Notes under the pieces: model-generated | What the model saw: only the letters and a program-made list of their open reading frames with translations | Databases searched by the model: none | What the model was told of the DNA's origin: nothing | In this document: in pieces, positions 43,625 to 53,307 of the stretch | How positions within the stretch are numbered: position 1 is the first letter of the stretch | Layout of the letters: every line of letters begins with the position of its first letter | Program-made: the position numbers and the translations under genes | Assembly (NCBI GenBank): GCA_039586795.1 | Contig: JBDHJS010000027.1 | Coordinates: forward strand, 1-64,000 | DNA: 64,000 bases | Direction of reading: 5' to 3' | Source: Gemmatimonadota bacterium | Lineage (GTDB): Bacteria > Gemmatimonadota > Gemmatimonadetes > Palauibacterales > KS3-K002

Positions 43625-46333
43625 GTGGCACCGCAGATGGGGGAGTGCGTCGTTGTGCGCAGCATCATCTTTGCTCTGACAGTCCAATCCCTCGCCCCCC
43701 AGACCGCTGATACCGTTAGCGAGAACGACTATTCACACCTGGTGAACCCGGATGGCCGGGTACCTCCCCATCTCATAGCCAAATACATCGAAGACGCGCC
43801 TCGCCTGGATGGTCGCCTGGACGAAGAGGCCTGGCGCGGCGCCATGATCGTCTGGGACTTCACGCAGGTTGAGCCCGAGGACGGGACGGAGCCAACCGAG
43901 CGTACCGAGGTCTGTATCGTCTACGACCGGGGGGCCCTCTATATCGGAGCCCGTCTGTTCGACCGCGAACCGGAGCGTATCGCGCGGCGGCTTGGCCGCC
44001 GGGACAGCCACACGTCCAGCGACATGTTCTGGGTCAACATCGACTCGTACCACGACCACCGCACCACGTTCCGCTTCAGCGTAAACCCGGCTGGCGTCCG
44101 AGGCGACGAGATCGCAACCAACGATGACATACACGGCGACGGCTCCTGGGAGCCGGTCTGGGATGTTGCCACTCGCGTCGACTCGCTGGGCTGGGTGGTG
44201 GAGATGCGGATCCCGTTCTCACAGCTCCGTTTCTCCAGCGCCGAGGAGCAGGTCTGGGGTATCAACTTCGCTCGAGACGTCTTCCGTAAGAACGAGAGCC
44301 TCAGATGGAGTTGGGCTCCGAATACCGAGGAGGGCTACGCTTCGCACTTCGGACATGTGGGTGGATTGCGCGGGATCCCGGCGCCGCGAAGGCTCGAGCT
44401 CCTTCCGTACACCGTCGGCACGGTCGAGAACCTCCAGGGTGGAGATCCGGCCAATCCTTTCACCCAGGGCGGAAACTACGACGTGTCGATCGGTCTCGAC
44501 CTCAAGTACGGGTTGACCAGTAGCCTCACTCTGGATGCCACGGTCAATCCTGATTTCGGCCAGGTGGAAGCCGACCCCGCGGTGGTCAACCTGAGTGTAT
44601 TTGAGATCCGTTTTCCCGAGCGGCGTCCCTTCTTTGTCGAGGGAGCCGACATCTTCCGCTTCGGTGCGGGCAGCGGCGGCTTTGTCTTTGGAGCGCCCGA
44701 GCTTTTCTATTCGCGTCGTATCGGCCGGCCGCCAAGTCGATCGCTGTTCGTCGAGGACGGATACGTCAAGTACCCGGTCTACTCGACGATCATCGGCGCG
44801 GCGAAGCTCTCCGGCAAAACCGGTAGCTGGTCCATCGGCGCGCTGGAGGCGTTAACGGCTTCCGAGTTCGCTGAAGTCGTCATGCCTGACGGCCGCCGTA
44901 AGTCCGCACAGGTCGAGCCGCTCACGAACTACGCGGTTCTCAGCCTGCGGAAGGATATGCGCGGTGGCAGCAGCGGGATCGGCATCCTCGGGGCCAGCGT
45001 GATCCGCGATTTGTCGAACCCCGCGTTCAAGTACCTGCGCCGGACGGCGTTTACCGGCGGCATGGACTTTTTCCATCGTTTCGGCGGTAATCAGTTCGTG
45101 CTCAACGGATCGATGAGCGCTTCCCACATTCGGGGCGATCCGCTGTCCATCACCATCGCACAGCTCTCGTCGGCCCGCTTCTACCAGCGACCCGACCAGG
45201 ACTACGTTTCGGTGGACACGACGGCGACGAGCATGACTGGCTTTGCTAGCTCGATGCAGCTGGGCAAAGTCGCCGGCAACTGGACATACGCGACCGACTT
45301 CTACGCCTACACGCCGGGCCTGGAGGTCAACGACGCCGGGTTCGAAAACACAGCCGACCGGATTTTTTGGGGGCTGCGGGTCAATCGCCGCTGGCTGAAT
45401 CCTGGGAAGGTCTTTCGAAGGTTCTCGGTCAGCACGACCTTCGCGCAGGGTTGGAACTTCGGCGGGACAAACCAGTTCCGCGAACTGTACTTCGGTTTCG
45501 GGGGGCAGTTCCTTAACTACTGGAACTTCAACCTGGGTTCCAGCTACAGTTTCACCGCGCTGAGCGACAAGTCGACGCGCGGTGGCCCGCTCATGGAAAG
45601 TCCGCGCCAATGGAACGCCAGCGGCTTCATCGGCTCCGACTATCGCAAGCCCTTCTCGGTCGAACTCTTCGCCTGGTACGCGCAGAACGTCTACGACGGA
45701 TGGGGTGCCAGCACGGGCCTCGAATTCGCCTTCCGACCGACCGGCGCGCTAACCTTCCGGATCATGCCCGGCTACAACAAGTCGCGCTCGATTGGCTTCT
45801 ATGTCACCCAACAGCCGGATTCACTGGCGACGGCCACTTACGGCGGCCGCTACGTGTTCAGTCAGCTGCTTCAGGAGAGCCTCGACGTCACGATTCGGGC
45901 CGACCTGGCGATCACACCCGACCTTTCACTCCAGCTCTGGGCACAGCCTTACGTGGCGAGCGGTGACTACATGGGATACAAGGAGCTGGCCCAGTCCAGC
46001 TCGTTCGATTTCTGGCGCTACGGTGTCGACGGCGCTTCGACGATAGAGTTCGACTCCAATAACAACGTGTACACCGTCGACCCCGATGGCCCCGGCCCCG
46101 CCGAGCCGTTCAGCTTCGGCAACCCCGACTTCTCGTTCCGCTCGATCCGCAGCAACCTGGTCCTACGCTGGGAGTATTTCCCCGGGTCGACGATCTTCTT
46201 CGTCTGGAACCACAACCGCTCCGGTTTCTCCAGCGATCCCGATTTCCGCGGCTTCAACGAGTTCGGCCGCCTGTTCGACGACCCGATGGCCAACATGTTC
46301 CTGGTCAAGGTCAACTACTGGTTCAGCCCGTAG
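43625..46333 (+). CDS. CBM9-like plus DUF5916 outer-membrane protein
   Basis: LDGRLDEEAW, EMRIPFSQLRF, TVNPDFGQVEAD, PERRPFFVEG, FYSRRIG and NLVLRWEY.PGS motifs. Exact start uncertain. Confidence 0.88.
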   Translation: MAPQMGECVVVRSIIFALTVQSLAPQTADTVSENDYSHLVNPDGRVPPHLIAKYIEDAPRLDGRLDEEAWRGAMIVWDFTQVEPEDGTEPTERTEVCIVYDRGALYIGARLFDREPERIARRLGRRDSHTSSDMFWVNIDSYHDHRTTFRFSVNPAGVRGDEIATNDDIHGDGSWEPVWDVATRVDSLGWVVEMRIPFSQLRFSSAEEQVWGINFARDVFRKNESLRWSWAPNTEEGYASHFGHVGGLRGIPAPRRLELLPYTVGTVENLQGGDPANPFTQGGNYDVSIGLDLKYGLTSSLTLDATVNPDFGQVEADPAVVNLSVFEIRFPERRPFFVEGADIFRFGAGSGGFVFGAPELFYSRRIGRPPSRSLFVEDGYVKYPVYSTIIGAAKLSGKTGSWSIGALEALTASEFAEVVMPDGRRKSAQVEPLTNYAVLSLRKDMRGGSSGIGILGASVIRDLSNPAFKYLRRTAFTGGMDFFHRFGGNQFVLNGSMSASHIRGDPLSITIAQLSSARFYQRPDQDYVSVDTTATSMTGFASSMQLGKVAGNWTYATDFYAYTPGLEVNDAGFENTADRIFWGLRVNRRWLNPGKVFRRFSVSTTFAQGWNFGGTNQFRELYFGFGGQFLNYWNFNLGSSYSFTALSDKSTRGGPLMESPRQWNASGFIGSDYRKPFSVELFAWYAQNVYDGWGASTGLEFAFRPTGALTFRIMPGYNKSRSIGFYVTQQPDSLATATYGGRYVFSQLLQESLDVTIRADLAITPDLSLQLWAQPYVASGDYMGYKELAQSSSFDFWRYGVDGASTIEFDSNNNVYTVDPDGPGPAEPFSFGNPDFSFRSIRSNLVLRWEYFPGSTIFFVWNHNRSGFSSDPDFRGFNEFGRLFDDPMANMFLVKVNYWFSP

Positions 46334-46413
46334 ACCCTAAGAACGCTCTTGCCGCCGCCGACTTTCTGGGCCAGGTTCTCCTCTAGACCCCTCGTCTAAG
46401 GAACGGATTTGCC

Positions 46414-47592
46414 ATGCACTCAGCGCGCCGAGTTCTCGACCTGACCGCCGTCCTGGTAATCGCTGCCGCGCTCGTCGCCATCCAAGCGTGCGATGACGAA
46501 AGCACGACGGCTCCATCGCAGGGCTCCATCGAAGTCACCACGTCCACAACCGGCGTCGAGATCGATCCAGACGGTTATACGGTGAGCATCGACGGTGGCA
46601 CCCCCGAGGCGATCGGCGCCAACGATTCACAGTTGTTCGGGTTTCTGTCCGTCGGCGATCACGAGGTCGAGCTAGCCGGACTCGCAGGGAACTGCGGGGT
46701 GGACGGGCAGAATCCGCGCACGGTATCGGTGACGGTCTTGAGCTCCACGCCCACCACCTTCGACGTGGTCTGTCGGGCGACCCTCTTCGACAAGATCGCC
46801 TTCGCCAGCTTCCGCGGAACCGAACAGGACATCTTCGCAATGAACCCGGATGGGTCCGGCGAGGCGCAACTCAACTCGGAGGCCGGGAGCGATTTCTTTG
46901 CCAACGTCTCTCCGGATGGACTGCGGGTCGTCTTCACCAGCACCCGCGATGGGAACGAAGAGATCTACGTGATGGACTCCGATGGCCAAAACCCGATGCG
47001 TTTGACCTCAGCAGCCGGCCGCGACCGCGAACCGACCTGGTCGCCTGACGGCGAGCGCATCGTCTTCGCCAGCGAGCGGGACGGCGGCGGCCAACAGCTG
47101 TATATCATGAACGCCGACGGATCGGCTCAGCTGCGACTGACGAATAGCGCGGGTTTCGACACGCAACCTGCCTGGTCGCCCGTCGATGACCGAATCGCCT
47201 TCATCAGCGATCGTGACGGCAATACCGAGATCTACGTGATCAACGCCGACGGCAGCGGCTTGACGAGGCTCACAAACAACGCGGCGGTGGACGCCCAGCC
47301 TGCCTGGTCGCCCAACGGTCAGCAGGTCTCCTTCAGCACCGATCGTAGCGGCACGTTCGATATCTGGTTGATGAATGCGGATGGATCGACCCCCACACCT
47401 TTCATCGAGGGTACGGCCTTCGATCGCTCTTCCACCTGGTCGCGCAACGGCACCTGGATCGCCTTCATGAGCGATCGTGATGGGAATTTCGAGATCTATA
47501 GAGTAAACGCAGACGGGTCAGGGCTCATTCGTCTTACGAACAATCCGGACTTCGATCAGTTGGCGCCCCAGGCCTGGGGGCCGAACCGCTAG
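46414..47592 (+). CDS. TolB-like lipoprotein with PD40 repeats
   Basis: Lipobox IQA-C; Ig-like N-domain (DPDGYTVSIDG); about 6 repeats of PxWSPDG..I.F.S.RDG..EIY.MNADG. Confidence 0.9.
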   Translation: MHSARRVLDLTAVLVIAAALVAIQACDDESTTAPSQGSIEVTTSTTGVEIDPDGYTVSIDGGTPEAIGANDSQLFGFLSVGDHEVELAGLAGNCGVDGQNPRTVSVTVLSSTPTTFDVVCRATLFDKIAFASFRGTEQDIFAMNPDGSGEAQLNSEAGSDFFANVSPDGLRVVFTSTRDGNEEIYVMDSDGQNPMRLTSAAGRDREPTWSPDGERIVFASERDGGGQQLYIMNADGSAQLRLTNSAGFDTQPAWSPVDDRIAFISDRDGNTEIYVINADGSGLTRLTNNAAVDAQPAWSPNGQQVSFSTDRSGTFDIWLMNADGSTPTPFIEGTAFDRSSTWSRNGTWIAFMSDRDGNFEIYRVNADGSGLIRLTNNPDFDQLAPQAWGPNR

Positions 47593-47743
47593 AGCGATCC
47601 ACGCCATCGAGCATCAAGCCGTACGATTCCGACTAGCGGCCCGATGCCCTCAAGCGATCCCGACCCAGACCCGCCTGGAGGACGGCACTAGTGTGCCTGA
47701 GTCCTACGGAGTGTTGCGTATTCGCGGTGGGTGTATTGGAGGA

Positions 47744-47920
47744 CTACATCCGGAGGCCGAGCAACCACCAGCGGCGGCGCTTCGGTTCCTTGCCGTCCTT
47801 GAGCCTCAACTTCTTCAGCTTGTCGGCGCCCTTCGGACGACCCGACGCCGTCGCGAACATTCGCCGGTTCGTCTCGTCTTTGTAGATCGGGGCCACATCC
47901 TTCTTCAGGCCGAACCACAT
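47744..47920 (-). CDS. Small basic protein, 58 aa: MWFGLKKDVAPIYKDETNRRMFATASGRPKGADKLKKLRLKDGKEPKRRRWWLLGLRM
   Basis: AGGAGG RBS (47929-47934) 8 nt before ATG; nearly all codons end in G/C; not in the ORF track. Confidence 0.7.
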   Translation of the reverse strand: MWFGLKKDVAPIYKDETNRRMFATASGRPKGADKLKKLRLKDGKEPKRRRWWLLGLRM

Positions 47921-48062
47921 GCGCGGAACCTCCTGTACTTCGCGAGGCGCAGCCGCCTCTCTGGGGCTAATACGACCTTTGGTTCCTTAACCGGAACGAT
48001 TCTCGAAGGTAGTCAGGAGGGTAGGGAAGTCAACAAGAGAGCCCCACCCCCGCTCGCGTCCG

Positions 48063-48578
48063 CTATAGATATCGGAACATTGCCATTCCGACCACCGCGA
48101 TGACCAGGAAGGCGGCGACCCAACGTCCGCCCACCGCGGTCCGCTGACGCAACCGCTGCACCTCCGCCATCTGCGCGTCTCGCTCGGGACCTTCCGGCAT
48201 TTGCTGCGCGCTCTGGGCGAGGGGGCCGGTGCGCTTCGCCGAGGGCCGCAGCACCGTCATCCCGATCGTGAACGCGACCAGGGCGGCCAGCGAGCCGATG
48301 GTCAGGCTGAGCCCCGGTGCCGTGCCCATCCAATCTGTGCTGAACCCGCCGGACGCGCGCCGGTAGAGCTCGATGCCGGAGATGATGGTGAGGATGGCCA
48401 TGCCGGGGACGATGTCCAGGAGCCGGCGCCGCGTCAGGGCCTGCACGACCTTGCCGCCTTCCGGACCCGCCTCGGCGACCGCGGGCTGGAGCATGGTGGA
48501 TAGGAAGAAGAGCGTTCCCGCCCAGTAGACTCCACAGAGGATGTGAATCACACGGAGGACGAGCGTGACCGTATTCAT
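48063..48578 (-). CDS. Four-TM membrane protein (CopD/DUF2269-like)
   Basis: LRVIHILCGVYWAG first helix; GAAAGG RBS. Confidence 0.8.
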   Translation of the reverse strand: MNTVTLVLRVIHILCGVYWAGTLFFLSTMLQPAVAEAGPEGGKVVQALTRRRLLDIVPGMAILTIISGIELYRRASGGFSTDWMGTAPGLSLTIGSLAALVAFTIGMTVLRPSAKRTGPLAQSAQQMPEGPERDAQMAEVQRLRQRTAVGGRWVAAFLVIAVVGMAMFRYL

Positions 48579-48653
48579 GCGGCCGCCTTTCGTGAAGGTT
48601 GGGTGCGGGGCACATACTAGGGAGGCCAGCCGCGTGGGGAAAGCTCCCGGGGG

Positions 48654-48687
48654 TTGACCGTAGAGTGTGTACTATATAGTATACACT
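48654..48687 (+). promoter_or_regulatory. Promoter TTGACC-N17-TAGTAT overlapped by a 24-bp palindrome (probable XRE operator)
   Basis: AGTGTGTACTATATAGTATACACT at 48664-48687, one mismatched pair. Confidence 0.7.
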
Positions 48688-48702
48688 TCAGGAGGTATTG
48701 GC

Positions 48703-49056
48703 ATGTCAGCCTTTGGGGATTTCGTGCGGGAGGCCCGGGAAGCGCTCCGCCAGACGGAGGCACGCTTTTCGGTTCGCCAGGTGGCGGCGAGGATCGGTGT
48801 TCAGCCGTCATATCTGAGCAAAGTCGAGCGTGGCGACGTGGGGCCGCCGTCCGAGGCGACGATTCTCCGCCTCGCCGAGGATCTGAGCGAGGACCCGGAT
48901 GTGATGTTGGCGCTCGCCGGTAAGGTGTCCAGCGATCTGCTAGAGACGATCCGGAAACGGCCGCGGCTGTTCGCGGACCTGATTCGAGAATTGAGAGACA
49001 TGCCCGATCGCGCCATGCTGCGCCTGGTCCGCGAAGTCCGCGATGGGGATTGGTAG
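48703..49056 (+). CDS. XRE/Cro-like HTH transcriptional regulator
   Basis: SVRQVAARIGVQPSYLSKVERG HTH; AGGAGG RBS. Confidence 0.9.
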   Translation: MSAFGDFVREAREALRQTEARFSVRQVAARIGVQPSYLSKVERGDVGPPSEATILRLAEDLSEDPDVMLALAGKVSSDLLETIRKRPRLFADLIRELRDMPDRAMLRLVREVRDGDW

Positions 49057-49090
49057 CTATTACGATTATGCGGAAGGCAGGTAGGGTATC

Positions 49091-50107
49091 ATGATCGAGT
49101 TGAAGAAGAACAGGCTGGTCTTTTCGTTCCCCGATGTCCATCAAGAGGCGAATCTGACCATGGAGTTCCAGCGCACGCTTCGCATCCCGGATGACGGTAC
49201 AGACTACTTGCTGCCGCCGGGGTTGGGTGCCTTTCCGCTGCGTCACGTCGATGACTATGCGCAGAACGTACCCGAAAGCTGGATCGAGCACGGTGGAGTG
49301 ATGCTGCCGATGTACCAGTCGGAGGCAATGTGGATCGCGTTTGGTTTCGGGTACGGAGTCAACAGGTATCCGTTCGCCGTGAAGATCGCCACGGGGAAGA
49401 TCAACGCGGTGACTGGAAAGGAATGGCAGAACGGACTCAACCGCCGGCCGCAGGATTATGTCGTCGTACCGGAGCAACCCTGGCTGGACGGCTACTGCGT
49501 GGAGAAAGGTGTGATCAGGCAATTTGTCGCCATGCCACTGGGCGCGGGCTACAGCGTCGAGGAGCAGCTCACCGGTGAAGCTGAGTATGGAGGTATTCAG
49601 ATCATTGCCTACCCGATGAAGCGGGAGGCGTACGAACGCATCAAGGACAGGTGGAGCGACGCCCCCGTGGCCCTGGCCTCAAAGGCGCTCAAGGTCGGGT
49701 CGGCTAAACCGTTCGCCATGGGGCTGGCTCCGGGTGGCCGCATGCGGCAGAACATCTACGATGACACCTTCAACTTCGAGGATTGGGAGTTGGAGCACTC
49801 GAGCCGCTGCTTCGTCCACATCGCAAACGCGCTGGTCTGGCGCGCCATCACGGGCAAAGCGCCGCCCACGGTTCCGCCGACGGCGAAGGAGTACACCAAG
49901 GCCGGGCTACCCTGGTTCGATCTCTACGACGGGGACAAGCAGGCGCTGGAGGGCGCCAAAGGACTGAAGGGCATCAAGAGCGTGTTGCAGTTCGGCAAAG
50001 AAAAGGGCGACGTGCCGCTCCCGGAGAACGAAACGGTTGATCCGAAGAACGTGGTGATGCTCCGGCACGGACTCAGGAAGGACCAGGTTCGGGAAGGCGC
50101 GTTCTGA
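49091..50107 (+). CDS. Conserved hypothetical protein (QRTLRIPDDG...LPPGLG.FPL family)
   Basis: Long ORF co-oriented with the XRE gene; motifs PMYQSEAMW, QDYVVVPEQPWLDG, IRQFVAMPLG.GYSVE.Q and YTKAGLPWF. Confidence 0.8.
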   Translation: MIELKKNRLVFSFPDVHQEANLTMEFQRTLRIPDDGTDYLLPPGLGAFPLRHVDDYAQNVPESWIEHGGVMLPMYQSEAMWIAFGFGYGVNRYPFAVKIATGKINAVTGKEWQNGLNRRPQDYVVVPEQPWLDGYCVEKGVIRQFVAMPLGAGYSVEEQLTGEAEYGGIQIIAYPMKREAYERIKDRWSDAPVALASKALKVGSAKPFAMGLAPGGRMRQNIYDDTFNFEDWELEHSSRCFVHIANALVWRAITGKAPPTVPPTAKEYTKAGLPWFDLYDGDKQALEGAKGLKGIKSVLQFGKEKGDVPLPENETVDPKNVVMLRHGLRKDQVREGAF

Positions 50108-50146
50108 GTCGGAATCAGCCTAGCCTGCGCCGAACCTGGCGTTACT

Positions 50147-50746
50147 TCACTGGGTTCGCGACGCGACGATGACGGTGTCCGCGGGCGAACCCGGTGGTTC
50201 CTGACAACCGCATAGGTCCTGCAGGAGGCGTCGAATCGTGATCTCCTGCCAGACGTCATCCCCGCGCATCGCTCCTTCATACGCGCCGCCCGCGGCACCG
50301 AGGACAGCCACTCCGGCCGCATGGGCGCCTATGACCTTGCCGGGATCCGCGCGCGAGCCGAGAATGGCACCCATCACAGCCGAAGCGACCCCGACGACGG
50401 CGCCGACGGCCGCGCCCTTTGCCGCTCCTGTCACCGCCCCCTCCGCGGCAGCCCCGACGCTGCCGGCCTGGCCCCGAAACACCTCGAGCTTCAAGATCTC
50501 ATGCACGGGAATGGCGTACTCCCGACGATCTTTCAGCGAATAGACCACCACCGTGTCGAAGCTGGCGTAGATGAGCTCTCCTTCGTGCGCAGCCTGCGCG
50601 TCGGCGTCGCACCGCTTTGCAGGTGGGCAATACCAGTGTGCAACTCGGAGTTTACGGCCGGTTGGAGATGGGGGGCCGCTGGGCTGTACGCCGCAGGATG
50701 CGGTCGCTAGGATCACCGTCGCTATAATAAGGATTCTTGCTAGCAT
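50147..50746 (-). CDS. Hypothetical lipoprotein with glycine zipper
   Basis: Lipobox TAS-C; GAxxGAxxGA repeats. Confidence 0.75.
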   Translation of the reverse strand: MLARILIIATVILATASCGVQPSGPPSPTGRKLRVAHWYCPPAKRCDADAQAAHEGELIYASFDTVVVYSLKDRREYAIPVHEILKLEVFRGQAGSVGAAAEGAVTGAAKGAAVGAVVGVASAVMGAILGSRADPGKVIGAHAAGVAVLGAAGGAYEGAMRGDDVWQEITIRRLLQDLCGCQEPPGSPADTVIVASRTQ

Positions 50747-50911
50747 TTGATCTCACCTAGTGTCGTAAAGTTCCATCCATCGCCGGTATGTTGACGCGAC
50801 TCGATCAAGCCCGAGTCAAGGCGTGATGGATCGCTGGCCCTTGCTCGGCGCGGCTTGGCGCTGCATATCTCGGTCACGCTGGGTGAACGGGACGAGACGA
50901 AATGGGGGCCT

Positions 50912-53170
50912 GTGGACCTGCAACAACGCATCCGAGAGCGCAAGATCGTCCAGTGGGCGGTGGTCTATCTGGCCGGCGCCTGGCTGTCCCTGGAGGCGTT
51001 CGGGTTCGTGGCCGATGCATTCAACTGGTCCCCAGCTGTAGTACGCAGCGCCGTCCTCATCGTCGCTGTCGGGTTCTTAGCGATTCTCGTTCTTGCCTGG
51101 TTCCACGGAGAGCAGGGCCGCCAGAGGATCAGTGGTATGGAAGCCGCGTTGCTTGCCGCGCTGGCGCTGGTCGCTGTCGTGCTGGTCGTCACGCTGGGCC
51201 GCGTACCGGAGCCGCCTGCGCCGGCCCCCTCGCGCTCCGTTGCCGCCGCCGAAGTCGATCGCCCGTCCGTCGCCGTCGTCCCGTTCTCCGTTCGCGGCGA
51301 CGAGATGGAGCTCTGGCAGGAAGGGCTCGTCGACTTGCTGTCGATCAACCTGGACGGATCAGCGCTCCGAGCCATCGATAGCCGCACAGTGTTGGCGCGC
51401 TGGCACGAGCGAACGGCCGGCGGCGTAGAAGCCGACCTGGAGACCGCGCTGGCCGTCGCGCGTGAGACGGGCGCGCGACATGTGGTGATCGGAACTGCAC
51501 TGGCCACCGGCTCGCAGGTGCGACTCGCCGCGAACGTGCGGGACGTCGAGAACGGCGCGCTGGTGCACCAGGCGCAGGTGGACACTCATGTCGACAGCAT
51601 GATCCCGGCTGTCGACGAGCTTTCTATCGAGCTGCTCCGTTTCCTGCTGCGGGAACTGGAGACTCAACCTCGAGCTAACCTGGCCAGCGTGACCACCGGA
51701 TCGATCGAAGCACTCAAGTCGTTTTTGAACGGCGAGCAATTGTATCGGCGTGGCGAGTATGCGGCAGCGGACGATGCGTATTCGCAGGCGGTGAGTGCCG
51801 ATTCCAGCTTTGCGCTAGCGCTCTATCGGTTGGGTCTGACCCGCGGTTGGACGGAGGCTGCCGGCACCGAGTTGGCCGAGGGACCTCTGGCCCGCGCAGA
51901 TTCTCTCGCCAACCTGCCTCAACGTGAGCGGGGTTTGGTGCGCGCAGCGCTGGCCATGGTGCGCAGTGACGGAACCGAGATCGACTCGACCCGCGTGCTG
52001 GCGGCTCGCTATCCCGATGATGCCGAGGCGTGGTACCTGCTCGGCGAGCTCTACTTACATGAGGGCTTTGCTCGACTGGTCGGTTGGGAGGAGACGGAAG
52101 AAGCGTTCTTGCGTGCCGTGGACCTGGATCCGACTTGGGCCCCCTATCACATCCACCTCGTCGATCTCGCCTTCCGTTATCACGCCGACAGCGCTCTCGC
52201 CGTCGAGCGCATCGGCCGCTATCGGGAGCTGGCTCCCGAATCCTTCTGGAACCGCTATTACGATCTCCTCTTCGCCATCGCTTTCGGCGACGAATCAGCA
52301 CGACGCGCCGCCATGGACGAGTTGAGAGCTGGAGAGCTTCTTGATGTGGAGCGGGTGTCCGACCGCCTCGATCACCCGGCCTTCTGGCCAGCTCGGGAAG
52401 AGCTCCTCCAGCTGGAGCGCAACCGCGGTTCGGAATCGCAGGGCATCGACGCGCTACGCAACCTCATCCTTATCAACATCTACGCGCGCGGCTGGCTGGA
52501 CGCGGCCATGGGATACCAGGGCGACGCTCTGGCATCTCGGGCCGTATCACCGTGCGACTACCTGTTCACAGAGGTCACCCTCGGGATCGCGACTCATCCG
52601 TTCGAGAGCGAACTGGCTCTGGAGAGGATCGAGTCGGACTCCGTCGGCCTCGCGGATCCAGAGGCGCACATATCGCGGCTGGCCTGCAGCGCGCTCTATG
52701 CTGTCTACCGAGGCAGAGAAGGCGATCATCGTTTGTTGCGCGATCGGCTTGATGCGATCATAGCTGTCGCCGCCACCCAGGACACGAGTACGGCCAACTA
52801 CTTCCAATCCCTGCAGCTGCTGATCGACGGCTTCGAAGCGTGGCTCGGCGGTGATTCCCAAGCCGCCTACGACATACTGAGCCAGTTCACGCCTCGAGAC
52901 GATCTCAGCATTCCGAGTATGGGGAACGCCCAGATCTTGCTCGATGTCGAACGTCCGGACGAGGCATTGCCGTATCTGCTCGCCATGCGCAGCAACCCTG
53001 TTGCACGTTTCTATTTGGGAAGAGCCTACGAGGCCCTGGGCCGTGACGCCGAGGCACGAGAGGCGTATGAGTACTTCCTCTCCAGCTGGGCCGATGCCGA
53101 TCTCGACCTGATGCCGTTGGTCGACCGCGCGCGGCGGGCGCTGACCCGGATAGCGGCGCGGTTGAACTAA
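50912..53170 (+). CDS. TolB-like/TPR membrane protein
   Basis: RIRERKIVQWAVVYLAGAW module, VAVVPF, TTGSIEALKSFL, TPRs, W..AD..L C-terminus. GTG 50912 chosen by comparison with paralogs. Confidence 0.87.
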   Translation: MDLQQRIRERKIVQWAVVYLAGAWLSLEAFGFVADAFNWSPAVVRSAVLIVAVGFLAILVLAWFHGEQGRQRISGMEAALLAALALVAVVLVVTLGRVPEPPAPAPSRSVAAAEVDRPSVAVVPFSVRGDEMELWQEGLVDLLSINLDGSALRAIDSRTVLARWHERTAGGVEADLETALAVARETGARHVVIGTALATGSQVRLAANVRDVENGALVHQAQVDTHVDSMIPAVDELSIELLRFLLRELETQPRANLASVTTGSIEALKSFLNGEQLYRRGEYAAADDAYSQAVSADSSFALALYRLGLTRGWTEAAGTELAEGPLARADSLANLPQRERGLVRAALAMVRSDGTEIDSTRVLAARYPDDAEAWYLLGELYLHEGFARLVGWEETEEAFLRAVDLDPTWAPYHIHLVDLAFRYHADSALAVERIGRYRELAPESFWNRYYDLLFAIAFGDESARRAAMDELRAGELLDVERVSDRLDHPAFWPAREELLQLERNRGSESQGIDALRNLILINIYARGWLDAAMGYQGDALASRAVSPCDYLFTEVTLGIATHPFESELALERIESDSVGLADPEAHISRLACSALYAVYRGREGDHRLLRDRLDAIIAVAATQDTSTANYFQSLQLLIDGFEAWLGGDSQAAYDILSQFTPRDDLSIPSMGNAQILLDVERPDEALPYLLAMRSNPVARFYLGRAYEALGRDAEAREAYEYFLSSWADADLDLMPLVDRARRALTRIAARLN

Positions 53171-53307
53171 AGCCTGGCGCAGCGTCTGGCTGCGCTTGAT
53201 CACCCCCGCCAAACGGACCATCTTCCGGCGATGATATACCGTGGCCCCGTACCTCCATCCTGCGCGGTTCCTCTTCTGGTTCGCCGCGTCACTCGCGCAG
53301 TCACGCC

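Noticed and set aside
46800..47580. Periodic ~130-bp similarity as a CRISPR or tandem DNA repeat
   Set aside because: It reflects degenerate PD40 protein repeats within a CDS; there are no identical repeats with unique spacers.
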